Source of the DNA: Candidatus Marinacidobacterium sp.
Lineage (GTDB): Bacteria > Acidobacteriota > Vicinamibacteria > Marinacidobacterales > Marinacidobacteraceae
Reading direction: 5' to 3'
Assembly (NCBI GenBank): GCA_965220965.1
Contig: OZ244852.1
Span: forward strand, 448,001 to 512,000
Length of the DNA stretch: 64,000 bases
Made by a program: the position numbers and the translations under genes. Positions within the stretch are counted from its first letter, which is position 1. Every line of letters begins with the position of its first letter. Shown here piece after piece: positions 48,530 through 57,886 of this stretch. The notes under the pieces were generated by a model. That model was given only the letters and a program-made list of their open reading frames with translations. It searched no databases and had not been told where the DNA came from.

Positions 48530-48754
48530 GTGAACCAGAAGGAAGGCGGCCCGGATGACGGCCGGTATGTGGATCTGGTCGCCCGCTACTACGGCGATCC
48601 GGAGTTCCGCGCCCGGATGGACCGGGACCCGGCGGCCGTGATGAAGGCCGAGGGATTCGATGTCCCGGAGGACGCCACGATCCGGCTGCTGTTCGATCGG
48701 GCGGATCTCATGAACATCGTGCTGCCCGCCCCCGGTCCGGATCCTCCGAAGTGA
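48530..48754 (+). CDS. NHLP (nitrile hydratase-like) leader-only peptide with no GG and no core
   Basis: LVARYYGDPEFRARMDRDPAAVM..EGFDVPED..IRL..LMNIVLPAP aligns with the precursor leaders but ends PGPDPPK. GTGA overlap with the YcaO gene. Confidence 0.7.
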   Translation: MNQKEGGPDDGRYVDLVARYYGDPEFRARMDRDPAAVMKAEGFDVPEDATIRLLFDRADLMNIVLPAPGPDPPK

Positions 48755-51081
48755 ACGCGGCTCCGGGCTTCCCGGAGGCGCCGGCCGCGGACATCGCGCC
48801 CGAGGTTGATCCGGCCCTCGGCGTCCGGCGCTTCGCTCCCGAGGACCGGGGCCTCGTCGAACGGCCGGTGCTGGCGCCCCATCTGCGTTACCGCGTCGTC
48901 GCCGACGGGAAGATCGTCATCGCCTCGGACCGGACCGGCGCTGTGCTCGAGGGGCGCTGTCTTCCCGACCTGATGCCGCTGCTCGACGGCGAGCGGACGC
49001 GACACGCGATCCTGGCGGAGCTCGCCGGGCGCCACGAGGCGCTGGAGGTGCAGACCGCGCTGGTCCGGCTGGCCGCCGACGGCTACGTCGTCTCGGCGGA
49101 ATTCGGGCTGGACCGTCCGCTCGCCGCCTTCTGGAGCGGCCTGGGCGCCTCGCCCCGGTTCGCCGAAGCGCGTCTCGCCGCGACCCCGGTCCGGGTGAGG
49201 GGTGATGACGGGCGCCTTCGGGCCCGGCTCCGCGACTTCGGCGTCCAGTCCGGGGCCGGACCCGGGAGTCTCGAGGTCGCGCTCACCGCCGGCTACGCCC
49301 GGGGTGGAGGCGACGCCTCAGCCCGGTCGGTTCGCGGCGCCGGCGCCTGGACGCTGGTTCAGACTTCCGGTTCGGCCCCGGTCTTCGGGCCGGTCTTCGG
49401 ACCGGAGGGCGGCGGCGCGTGCTGGACCTGCATCGCCCGGCGCATGGAGGGCGCCCGAGGGTTCGAGTCCTTCCTGCGACGCACCCGGAACGGGGACCCG
49501 GGCGTTCGGGAAGGGCGTCCGGGACCGGCGGTCGTCCACGGCATGGCCGCCCTCGAGATCGCCCGCTGGATCGTTCTCCGAAAAGGGGCGCCGCTTCACG
49601 ACCACCTCTTTTCCTTCGACGTCGCCACATCCGGCCTGCGCACGCACGGCGCGCCCCGGCGCCCCCAGTGCGCCGAGTGCGGCCCGGCCGACGCCGCCGA
49701 CGCGTTCCGGGCCGATCGCCCGCCCGAGCCCCTCCGCCTCGAGTCGAGTCCCAAGGCGCTGACCAACAGCGGTGGGACGCGCACCGCGGCGCCGGAAGAC
49801 ACGGTGCGGCGATATCGGCATCTGGTCGATCCGGTCGTCGGCGTGGTGAAGGAGCTCTCGAGGGTCAGCGCCTCCGGCGATTCGTGGCGCCACGTGTACC
49901 TCGCGAGCCAGGCGGCCGTCGAAGGGCCATCCGACCTCCGGGGGCTCCGCACCGCGCGGCGGGGCCGCAGCTCGGGCAAGGGCGGCGCCCCGGAGCAGGC
50001 GGAGGCCAGCGCGCTCTGCGAGGCGCTCGAGCGCTACTCGGGGACGCTCCAGGGGGGCGAGATCCGCCAGCGGCGCCGCTTCACCGACTTCCAGGCCGGC
50101 GAAGCCATCGCGCCCAACGACGTGCAGCTCTTCAGCCAGGCCCAGCTCGAAGCGGCGCCCGGCGACTATCCGGTCCCCACCGTCATCCCGCCCGCGCCGT
50201 TCGAGCCGGACGCGGCCATCGACTGGACTCCGGTCTGGTCCCTGACCGCGCGCCGGCATCGTTATCTGCCAACCGCTCTCCTCTACTTCATGCCCGTCGT
50301 TCCGGGAGCGCCCAACCAGTTCGTCGCCGACTCGAACGGGTGCGCGGCCGGCAACACGCGGGAGGAGGCGATTCTCCAGGGCTTCTTCGAGCTGGTCGAG
50401 CGCGACGCCTTCGCCTGCTGGTGGTACAATCGGATCCCGATGCCGGCCGTGGACCTGGCCAGCTTCGGGCGGGACTACCTGGCGCGGGCGCCCGCCGAGT
50501 ACGCGAAGGACGGCCGCGAGATGTGGCTGCTCGACATCACCCACGACTTCGGGATCCCCGTCTTTGTCGCGGTCTCGCGCCGCGCCTCCGGGCCTGCGGA
50601 ACAGATCCTCTTCGGGGCGGGCGCCCACCTCGATCCGGTCGTGGCGGCGATGCGCGCCGTGTGCGAAATGAACCAGATGCTCGTCCGGCTGGGACCGGAC
50701 CTTCCGGTGTCGGGGCATGACCACGATGGGCCCCGGCTGGAGTGGCTGCGCACCGCGACCACCGCCGCGCACCCCTACGTGGCGCCGGCCCCGGACGAGC
50801 CGGCGCGGTCAGCGGGTGGCGAGGCGCCGCGGACCAGCGATCACCGCGAGGACATCCGGTCGTGCCGCCGGATCGTCGAGGAGCGCGGGATGGAACTGCT
50901 CGTCCTCGACCAGACCCGGCCCGATGTCGGGCTGCCGGTGGTCCGGGTCATCGTCCCCGGGATGCGCCCCTGGTGGGCGCGGTTCGCGCCCGGCCGCCTC
51001 TACGACACGCCGGTGAGCCTGGGATGGCGCGTTCGCGCCGCCTCCGAGGCCGAACTCAACCCGCTGGAACCGATGTTCTGA
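48751..51081 (+). CDS. Fused TOMM cyclodehydratase (leader-binding/E1-like + YcaO)
   Basis: GPVFGP..ACWTC, RRPQCAEC, SSGKG, SALCEALERYS, DSNGCAAGNTREEAILQGFFELVERDA, DQTRPDVGLPVVRVIVPGMR and a Pro-rich C-terminus NPLEPMF. Confidence 0.93.
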   Translation: MNAAPGFPEAPAADIAPEVDPALGVRRFAPEDRGLVERPVLAPHLRYRVVADGKIVIASDRTGAVLEGRCLPDLMPLLDGERTRHAILAELAGRHEALEVQTALVRLAADGYVVSAEFGLDRPLAAFWSGLGASPRFAEARLAATPVRVRGDDGRLRARLRDFGVQSGAGPGSLEVALTAGYARGGGDASARSVRGAGAWTLVQTSGSAPVFGPVFGPEGGGACWTCIARRMEGARGFESFLRRTRNGDPGVREGRPGPAVVHGMAALEIARWIVLRKGAPLHDHLFSFDVATSGLRTHGAPRRPQCAECGPADAADAFRADRPPEPLRLESSPKALTNSGGTRTAAPEDTVRRYRHLVDPVVGVVKELSRVSASGDSWRHVYLASQAAVEGPSDLRGLRTARRGRSSGKGGAPEQAEASALCEALERYSGTLQGGEIRQRRRFTDFQAGEAIAPNDVQLFSQAQLEAAPGDYPVPTVIPPAPFEPDAAIDWTPVWSLTARRHRYLPTALLYFMPVVPGAPNQFVADSNGCAAGNTREEAILQGFFELVERDAFACWWYNRIPMPAVDLASFGRDYLARAPAEYAKDGREMWLLDITHDFGIPVFVAVSRRASGPAEQILFGAGAHLDPVVAAMRAVCEMNQMLVRLGPDLPVSGHDHDGPRLEWLRTATTAAHPYVAPAPDEPARSAGGEAPRTSDHREDIRSCRRIVEERGMELLVLDQTRPDVGLPVVRVIVPGMRPWWARFAPGRLYDTPVSLGWRVRAASEAELNPLEPMF

Positions 51082-51129
51082 TCGCGACCGGTCGGATGCC
51101 CGGGCCGGTCGGAAGCCCTGGCGAGCGGA

Positions 51130-51399
51130 TCAGTAGACGCAGTTGCAACCGCAGTAGTTGCAGTTGCCCCCGGAGACCGAATCGAGTTGCTCCCCGGTCA
51201 ACCGGGGGGAGGGCGGCAGGATCAGGTGCCCCTGACTCGCCGTGTCCTCGTGCACCCGGATCTCGAATCCGTCGGGGATCGTGATCTCGAACTCCTCTTC
51301 GATCACGCTCTTCGGATCCTGAGTCAGGCGGGCGCGGAAGCCGGCGTCGGCTTCCGCCCTGGCGATCAGGTGGGCGCGCATCTCGTTCGCGGATTTCAT
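51130..51399 (-). CDS. NHLP-leader RiPP precursor A1, core NCNYCGCNCVY
   Basis: LIARAEADAGFRARL..DPK..IEEEF..IP..IRVHED..HLILP, then the LxxEQLDSVSGG double-glycine site. GGAGG RBS. Confidence 0.92.
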   Translation of the reverse strand: MKSANEMRAHLIARAEADAGFRARLTQDPKSVIEEEFEITIPDGFEIRVHEDTASQGHLILPPSPRLTGEQLDSVSGGNCNYCGCNCVY

Positions 51400-51468
51400 G
51401 GGGCGCAGTCCTCCGGTAGCGGAAACCTAACAGAACGCGAAGGCTCCAGGCGCGGTCCGGCGCCGGCC

Positions 51469-52476
51469 TCAGGCGCCCTGGAAGTCGGCGCGGGCATACG
51501 CCTTGGCCGCCACCCCTCCGCGCGGGTCGATGTTCGTCTTGAAGTGATGCAGGATGACGCGGAGGACTCGCATGCCCGCGCCGGTCAGCGTGAGTTGCGG
51601 GAGCAGCGGAGCTTTCAGTCTGCGCGCCTTGCCGGGGAGACACCAACCCTCGGCGACGAAGAAGTCGACGAGTCCGACCCAGGCGGCTGACGACTCGTCC
51701 GTCAGCGCGCGATGGGCGAAGAGTTCGATCCCCAGGCCGGGTGAGATCCGCCCATCCGTGACATCCACCATCAGGTTGCACTCCGGACTCAGCTCGCCGG
51801 TCAGGGCGGGGGGCGCCTGACGGGCGTCCAGCCGCGGCGGCAGCGCCCCGCTCCAGCCGATGCGCTCCAGGAACGCGGGGGCGTCGGCCCAGGGAACGCG
51901 CGCCGCCACCCGCATCGCGCGGGGCCGGCGCCCCGGCATGGCGCCGAGATGCGCAAGCAGCCCGGCGGGGGGCAGCGCCGCGACGATCCGGCTGACCAGC
52001 GCGCTCTCCCGTTCTTCCGGCGGCCAGCCGGCGGCGCGCGCGAGTTCGGGGACAAGGACGTCCACCCCGGCCCGGTCCGGCGGAAGGTGCAGGTTGGCGA
52101 GGAAGATGCCGGGCGCCCGCTCGGGCGCGGCGATGAGGTCGTACTCGAGGATGATCTCGGGCGCGAGCTGGCCGAGCGCGGATCCCGTCCGCTCCATTTC
52201 ACCCAGGAGTCCGGCGACGCCCGGCCAGCCGCTGTCCCGGGTGACCCACCCGGCGAAGGCGCTTCCGGGACGGACCCGCACAAACAGGTCCGCCGCCGGC
52301 GCCGGATCGGCGAGGCGGAACTCGAAGCCGAACGGATCCTCGGCCACGCAGGCGGGGAGCGCCGCCGCGGTCCGCAGCAGGACATCCCACGCCGCTGCGC
52401 CGATGAGTTCCGCGGGAATGACCGTTCGCGCGGTGGCCAGCGCCGGGGCGAAGCCCGCCGTTGGCCGGTCGGTTAC
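51469..52476 (-). CDS. Unassigned RiPP-associated enzyme (possible ABBA-fold prenyltransferase-like); start uncertain (first canonical GTG at 52347)
   Basis: FGFEFRL..ADLF, ILEYDL, PGIF, HLGAMPGR..AMRV, MVDV..ISPGLGIELF and HHFK..AKAY. Sits between two precursors on the same strand. Confidence 0.6.
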   Translation of the reverse strand, partial: VTDRPTAGFAPALATARTVIPAELIGAAAWDVLLRTAAALPACVAEDPFGFEFRLADPAPAADLFVRVRPGSAFAGWVTRDSGWPGVAGLLGEMERTGSALGQLAPEIILEYDLIAAPERAPGIFLANLHLPPDRAGVDVLVPELARAAGWPPEERESALVSRIVAALPPAGLLAHLGAMPGRRPRAMRVAARVPWADAPAFLERIGWSGALPPRLDARQAPPALTGELSPECNLMVDVTDGRISPGLGIELFAHRALTDESSAAWVGLVDFFVAEGWCLPGKARRLKAPLLPQLTLTGAGMRVLRVILHHFKTNIDPRGGVAAKAYARADFQGA

Positions 52477-52480
52477 CGCA

Positions 52481-52741
52481 TCAGTAATGGCAACTGCAGA
52501 CGTTCGTGCCTCCCGCCACCGAGTCGAGCTGATCCGAGCTCAGCCGGGGCGAGGGGGGCAGGACGAGGTGCCCCTCGGTCGCGGTGTCCTGGTGGACCCG
52601 GACCTCGAATCCGTCCGGGATCGTGATTTCGAACTCCTCTTCGATCACGGACTTCGGATCCTGCGCCAGGCGGGCGCGGAAGCCGGAGTCGGCCTGGGCC
52701 TTCGCGATCAGGTGGGCGCGCATCTCGTGAGCGGACTTCAT
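52481..52741 (-). CDS. NHLP-leader RiPP precursor A2, core TNVCSCHY
   Basis: Hidden at the 3' end of the spurious 1033-aa ORF. ATG at 52741 after GGGAGGA. Leader nearly identical to A1 and ends QLDSVAGG. Confidence 0.92.
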   Translation of the reverse strand: MKSAHEMRAHLIAKAQADSGFRARLAQDPKSVIEEEFEITIPDGFEVRVHQDTATEGHLVLPPSPRLSSDQLDSVAGGTNVCSCHY

Positions 52742-52770
52742 GTGGCGGAATCCTCCCGAATCGGAAACTA

Positions 52771-55686
52771 TCAGAGCTTCGGGTCCGGGGAAAACGCCAT
52801 CTGGCGGGTGGCCATCCGTCGGAAAGGGCCGTCCTCGGCCATCAGCGCCTGATAGTTCCCGGACTGGACGACGCGCCCTGACTCGAGCACATGAATGCGG
52901 TCCGCCCGGCGGATGGTGGAGAGACGGTGCGCGATGACGATCCGGGTCGCAGCCGATGACTCGATGCCCGCCATCGCCTGGGCCTGGCTCTTGCGGTCCA
53001 GCCAGCTCGTGGCTTCGTCGAGAAACAGGATGCGCGGCTTGCGCACGAGCGCGGCGGCGAGCGAGATGCCCTGGGTCTGCCCCCCGGACAGCACGGCCGC
53101 GTCGCCCACGCTGGTGTGCATCCCCATCGGCATGGCCGCGATGTCCCGCGCCACGCCCGCCAGCTTCGCCGCCCCCCAGGCGTCGGTGAGGTCCAGGTCC
53201 TCCGTCCCGACGATGTTCTCCAGAATGCTGCCCGGCATCAGGCCCTGCTCCTGCATCACGACCCCCACGTGACGCCGCACCGCGCGCCGATCGATGTGCG
53301 CGAGGTTCCGGCCGTCGTAGTAGATGGCGCCGGCTGACGGCTCGTCGAGGCCGAGCGCCAGCCGGATGAGCGTGCTCTTGCCGGCGCCGGACTCCCCGAC
53401 GATCGCGACGAACTCCCCCGGCCGGACGTGGATCGAGACGCCCTGGAGGATCTCGCGCGCCCCCGGCGCATACTTGAACCGCACGTTGTCGAACCGGATC
53501 TCGCCGCTCAGCTCGACGGGAGGGGCGTTCGCCGTCGGAGTCGATTCCGGAACGCGGGCCAGCACCGGCCCCACCTGCTCGCACGAGGGCCCGATCTCGG
53601 CGATCGTGTCGAACACCTGCCCCAGCGCGATGACCGAGCCGAACAGGACCATGGCGGCCAGGTAGGCGACGAGGAAGTCCCCGGTCGCCTCCGCTCCGCG
53701 CTCCTGCCGGCTCGCCAGCAGGAAGATGGCGGCGCCGGCCAGCGCCGGGAGGGCGGCGAAGAGCGCCTGGAGGTGTTCCTGGAGCGAGGAAACCCGGACT
53801 TCGGCCTCCTTCTGTTCCCGGTAACGCCGCGCCCAGGCGGCGTAGGCGAACCCTTCCGCGCCGCTCTGCCGCAGCCGGACGATTCCGGCCACGAACTGCA
53901 GCAGGTCCCGCGTCTGTCGACGGGCGGCCTCGAGTCGCCGGCGCTGCGCGCGGGTCTGGACCGCGCCGAGTCCGCCAGCGAGCAGGAGCGGGGCGAGACC
54001 GAAACCGAGGACGAGCAGGCCGAACCAGACGTCGAACAGGAAGAGCAGACAGACCGCCGGCAGAAGCTGAAACGGCGCGAGCAGGGTCGCCGCCACCGAG
54101 CCGCCGACCTGGTCGCGGAGCCGCTGGAAGACGGTGGCGCGAACCGCCGAGTCGCCGGCTGTCGTATGCGGATCCACCCGGCTCCGGACCAGGCGATCCC
54201 ACAGCGCCGCCGTGAGCCGGCTGGAAACCCGCGCCTCGAGGCGCATCGCGGCCGCCCCACGGAGGACGCCGGCGGCGCCGGCGACCAGGGCCAGAGGGAG
54301 CAGGCCGGCGGTGAAGGCGATCAGGATGCCGGGCTGGCCGGTGGGGATCACCCGCTCGATCAGCGCGCCGAGCGTGACCGGCGGCGCCATCGCCAGAAGG
54401 CCGGCGACCACCCCCGCCAGCGCAAGGGCGAGCGCGTCCCCCAGCAGGTTGTGTTTCGCCAGCCCCCCGAGGTCGCGCCATCCGGCCGGACGGCGAGACG
54501 GCAATCCGGGGTAGGGGAGCCAGGCCATCTCCTCCAGGCCTGCGGCCACGCCGGCATTCACCGTTACGGAACTCCCTGAGGCCGGATCCACCGCCCGGTA
54601 GCCACCCGTGCGGGGAATCAGCGCGATCGGGCGCCCGTCCTCTCGACCGCGGCCCAGCATGGCTCCGCTGTCGCTTCGCCACCAGGCGTCGTCCCTCCGC
54701 AGCCGCACCCGGCGGGCCTGAACGCCGGTCGCCCGGAAGACCTGCTCGGCGCCGGGTTCCTCCCCGCCCTTCAGCGGGGGAGCGCGGAACTCCATGCCGC
54801 TGTGGCGACCCACGGCTTCGAGGGCCGCCATCAGCGGACGCCGCTCGCGCGCCGCGGCGGGGCCGTGGAACAGGGCGGCGAGATGCGCCTTCCCCTCGGC
54901 CTCGGCCTCCCGGCCGCGATGGGACGCCTCGACCTGCAGGTTGGCGAAGTCCACCGCCCGGAGCCGCCGGGTGAGGCCCTCGGCGCCCAGGATGAGCTCG
55001 TGGAAGCGCGCCAGCGCCGACCCCAGCAGCAGTTCCGGGGCGAGTTCCCGGGAGGCGATGGCATGGGTCTCCACGCCGGCCGCAAGCGTTACCCAGGCGT
55101 CCCTGGTGATGGCCGTCGGGGCGCCGTCCGGCACCGGCTCGAGGTCGAGGAACAGGGATCCGGGTATGGCGTCCGGCCCGATCCAGACGACGCCGCGGGC
55201 TGCGGCGATCCGGCCTTCCTCCACCGCTCCCTCGGACCCCGGCGTGAGCCGCGCCCCGATCCGGGGCATGGGCCGGATGGCGCTCGCCACCCCGGCGGCG
55301 AACGGACGGATCCAGGCGTCGACCTGGGCGGCCAGCGCCTCGCCTCCGTCGCGCCTTCGGGCCTCGGCGAGGAGGCGATCCACCGCGATCCGGCGGACCG
55401 TGGTCCCGGCGATCCCCTTGGCGTGGAGGCCGAGCGAGGCGCCCTTGCCGCCCTCCGGGACGGCCCCGAAGGCCAGCCGACCGGGGAGGACGCGGAGCGC
55501 ATGCCGGAACCCGGATCGGGCGCCATCGGTCGCCAGGTCGACGACGAAGACGTCCAGCCCGCCCGATTCGACGAGCCAGCAATACCGCGGATCGTCGAGG
55601 TCGAGCGGTCGATTCGAGGCCGCTGTCCGCGGCGCCGAGCTCGAAGCCGCCAGCTCGGTGAGCCAGGCCGGCGCCGTATCAGTCAT
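52771..55686 (-). CDS. NHLP bacteriocin export ABC transporter permease/ATPase subunit
   Basis: N-terminal cNMP-like region, ARRVRL..WWRSDSG, Walker A GESGAGKST, LSGGQ and FLDEATS. Confidence 0.9.
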   Translation of the reverse strand: MTDTAPAWLTELAASSSAPRTAASNRPLDLDDPRYCWLVESGGLDVFVVDLATDGARSGFRHALRVLPGRLAFGAVPEGGKGASLGLHAKGIAGTTVRRIAVDRLLAEARRRDGGEALAAQVDAWIRPFAAGVASAIRPMPRIGARLTPGSEGAVEEGRIAAARGVVWIGPDAIPGSLFLDLEPVPDGAPTAITRDAWVTLAAGVETHAIASRELAPELLLGSALARFHELILGAEGLTRRLRAVDFANLQVEASHRGREAEAEGKAHLAALFHGPAAARERRPLMAALEAVGRHSGMEFRAPPLKGGEEPGAEQVFRATGVQARRVRLRRDDAWWRSDSGAMLGRGREDGRPIALIPRTGGYRAVDPASGSSVTVNAGVAAGLEEMAWLPYPGLPSRRPAGWRDLGGLAKHNLLGDALALALAGVVAGLLAMAPPVTLGALIERVIPTGQPGILIAFTAGLLPLALVAGAAGVLRGAAAMRLEARVSSRLTAALWDRLVRSRVDPHTTAGDSAVRATVFQRLRDQVGGSVAATLLAPFQLLPAVCLLFLFDVWFGLLVLGFGLAPLLLAGGLGAVQTRAQRRRLEAARRQTRDLLQFVAGIVRLRQSGAEGFAYAAWARRYREQKEAEVRVSSLQEHLQALFAALPALAGAAIFLLASRQERGAEATGDFLVAYLAAMVLFGSVIALGQVFDTIAEIGPSCEQVGPVLARVPESTPTANAPPVELSGEIRFDNVRFKYAPGAREILQGVSIHVRPGEFVAIVGESGAGKSTLIRLALGLDEPSAGAIYYDGRNLAHIDRRAVRRHVGVVMQEQGLMPGSILENIVGTEDLDLTDAWGAAKLAGVARDIAAMPMGMHTSVGDAAVLSGGQTQGISLAAALVRKPRILFLDEATSWLDRKSQAQAMAGIESSAATRIVIAHRLSTIRRADRIHVLESGRVVQSGNYQALMAEDGPFRRMATRQMAFSPDPKL

Positions 55687-57886
55687 CGCCCACCAGGTCG
55701 CGGTATAGGCCCTCGACCGCGATCAGCTCGTCGTGCGAGCCGGTCTGGACCGGCCGGCCCGAGTCGAGGACCACGATCAGGTCGCTGTCGCGAATCGTCG
55801 AGAGCCGGTGAGCGATGATGAGGCAGGAACACCCCCGGCGGCGGAGCGCGTCGTCGATCTCCTGTTCGGTGAGCACATCGAGCCCGCTGGTCGCCTCGTC
55901 CAGAACCAGAACCGAGGGCTCGTTGACCAGCGCGCGGGCGATCTCGAGCCGCAGCCGCTCCCCGCCGCTGAAGTTGCGCCCCGCCTCCTCCACCGGCGTC
56001 TCGTAGCCGAGCGGCCGGCGCAGAATCTCCTCGTGGATCCGGGCGTCGCGCGCCGCCGCCACCACCAGTTCGTCCGGCGCGGCGCTGTTCCACAGCGTGA
56101 GGTTCTCCCGGACGGTCGCCGCGAACAGGAACGGGCTCTGGTCCACCATCGAGACCGAGTTCTGGAGCACCGCCGACGGAATCCGGCGACGGGGAACGCC
56201 GTCGAAACAGACCTCTCCCGACCAGGGCTCGTGAACGCCGGCCACCAGCGAGGCGAGAGTCGATTTGCCCGACCCGATGGATCCCACGATCGCCACCCGC
56301 TGCCCGGGTTCGATCGTCAGCGAGAAGTTCTCGATCAGCGGCGGGCGGTTTCGCTGGAAGCCGAAGGTGACATCGCGCAGCTCGATCCTTCCGGCGAGCC
56401 GGACTCGTCCGGCGAGGGTGGCGACCCCCGGACCCTCACTCTCGGCAGCCGCCGGGTTCTCCTCGTCGCCCGAGACCACCAGGACGTCGTTCAGGCGCTG
56501 GAGCTGTCCCTCGAGCGACTGGATCGTGTCCGAGAACTGCGTCAACTGACATACCGGGCGGAGGAAGTTGCCGGCCACGACGTAGAAACCAACCAGCGTT
56601 CCGATGGTCATGTCGCCGTTCATGGCGCGCCAGCCGCCGAAACCGAAGACCGCCGCGGCGCCCAGGATCAGGACGAAATCCGGCAGCGCCGTGGTGACGT
56701 GCCCGAGCTCGGCGAACTCCTGGCGCGCCTTCAGTTCCCGCGCCTGGTGGCCGGCTGCGCGCGAAAAGAAGCGGTTCTCCGAAGCGGTGGCCTGGAGCTG
56801 GGTCAGGCGGCGCAGTCCGGACGTGACGTATCCCGCCAGCTCTCCCTGGGCGCGCGCGAATCCCGGGCTGAGTTCCGCCCGCCGATTGCGCACCAGCCGC
56901 GCGAGCGCCAGCGCCAGGATGGCGAGCGCGGCCACCGCCACCGCCGACGGGACGTCGAAGACGAACATAAGCGCGAGGAACGAGAGCCCGAGCGCCACAT
57001 CGGCGAAGAGCGACACGAGCTGGGTCGCGCTGACGGTGGCCACGCCGTCCACCAGCCGCATGCGATCCACCAGGTCGCCGGCCAGCCGGCGGCTGAAGAA
57101 GGACATCGGACGCCGGAGCAGTCGCGTGAAATAGCGGTCGGCGTACTCGACCGACATCCGCACTCCCATCCGCCGCAGCGTTCGCATCTGGAGCCAGGTG
57201 AGCAGGTAGACCAGCGCGGCGACGCCTCCGGCCGCCGCGATCAGCGCCCCGGACCGCGCGGCCTGGCCGCCGATCAGCACCTGATCCACGAAGAGGGCGA
57301 GGAGCAGCGGCAGGGCGAGGCCGGAGGCCGCGAGGAACAGCGAATAGAGCGCCGCGAGTCCGAGCGAGGGTCGATGCCCGGAGAACCAGGGCCAGAGCTG
57401 CCGCAGCACGCCCGACGACTGGCCGCCCTGACGAAACTCCGGCGTCGCCTCCGGGATCAGGAGCACCCCGGTGAACGCCGTGTCGAAGTCCTTCGCCCCG
57501 ATGGTCCGGTGTCCGCTCGCCGGGTCGTTGATGTGGAAGCCGTCGCGGTCAGCGCCCTCGAGAACGACGAAGTGGTTGAACTCCCAGAAGAGGATCGACG
57601 GAACCGGCGAGGCGTCCAGTTGGGAAGGTTCCCGGCGCCATCCGGTGGTCTTCAGCCCGTAGGTCGAGGCGGCGCGGACGATGTCCCCGGCGGTGCAGCC
57701 GTCGCGTCCGGTCCCGCACGCCTCCCGCATCTCCTCGAGGGTGGCCCGGTAGCCGAAGTGGGCCAGCACGATGCCGAGACAGGCGGCGCCGCAGTCGGAG
57801 GCCTCCTGCTGAAGGAAGACCGGTGTGCGGACCCGCCTTCGCCGGCGAAACGGCGACAGCCGCCTCACCGCGTCGCTCAGCTTCAC
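55679..57886 (-). CDS. NHLP bacteriocin export ABC transporter with C39 peptidase domain
   Basis: TPVFLQQEASDCGAACL, GRDG, FWEFNHFVVLEG, INDPASG, Walker A GSIGSGKST and FSGGERLRLEIARAL. Confidence 0.93.
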   Translation of the reverse strand: MKLSDAVRRLSPFRRRRRVRTPVFLQQEASDCGAACLGIVLAHFGYRATLEEMREACGTGRDGCTAGDIVRAASTYGLKTTGWRREPSQLDASPVPSILFWEFNHFVVLEGADRDGFHINDPASGHRTIGAKDFDTAFTGVLLIPEATPEFRQGGQSSGVLRQLWPWFSGHRPSLGLAALYSLFLAASGLALPLLLALFVDQVLIGGQAARSGALIAAAGGVAALVYLLTWLQMRTLRRMGVRMSVEYADRYFTRLLRRPMSFFSRRLAGDLVDRMRLVDGVATVSATQLVSLFADVALGLSFLALMFVFDVPSAVAVAALAILALALARLVRNRRAELSPGFARAQGELAGYVTSGLRRLTQLQATASENRFFSRAAGHQARELKARQEFAELGHVTTALPDFVLILGAAAVFGFGGWRAMNGDMTIGTLVGFYVVAGNFLRPVCQLTQFSDTIQSLEGQLQRLNDVLVVSGDEENPAAAESEGPGVATLAGRVRLAGRIELRDVTFGFQRNRPPLIENFSLTIEPGQRVAIVGSIGSGKSTLASLVAGVHEPWSGEVCFDGVPRRRIPSAVLQNSVSMVDQSPFLFAATVRENLTLWNSAAPDELVVAAARDARIHEEILRRPLGYETPVEEAGRNFSGGERLRLEIARALVNEPSVLVLDEATSGLDVLTEQEIDDALRRRGCSCLIIAHRLSTIRDSDLIVVLDSGRPVQTGSHDELIAVEGLYRDLVGDD

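Noticed and set aside
52742-55582. Upstream part of the 1033-aa minus-strand ORF
   Set aside because: Arg/Pro/Gly-rich off-frame shadow of the ABC transporter. Only the last 86 codons (precursor A2) look real.
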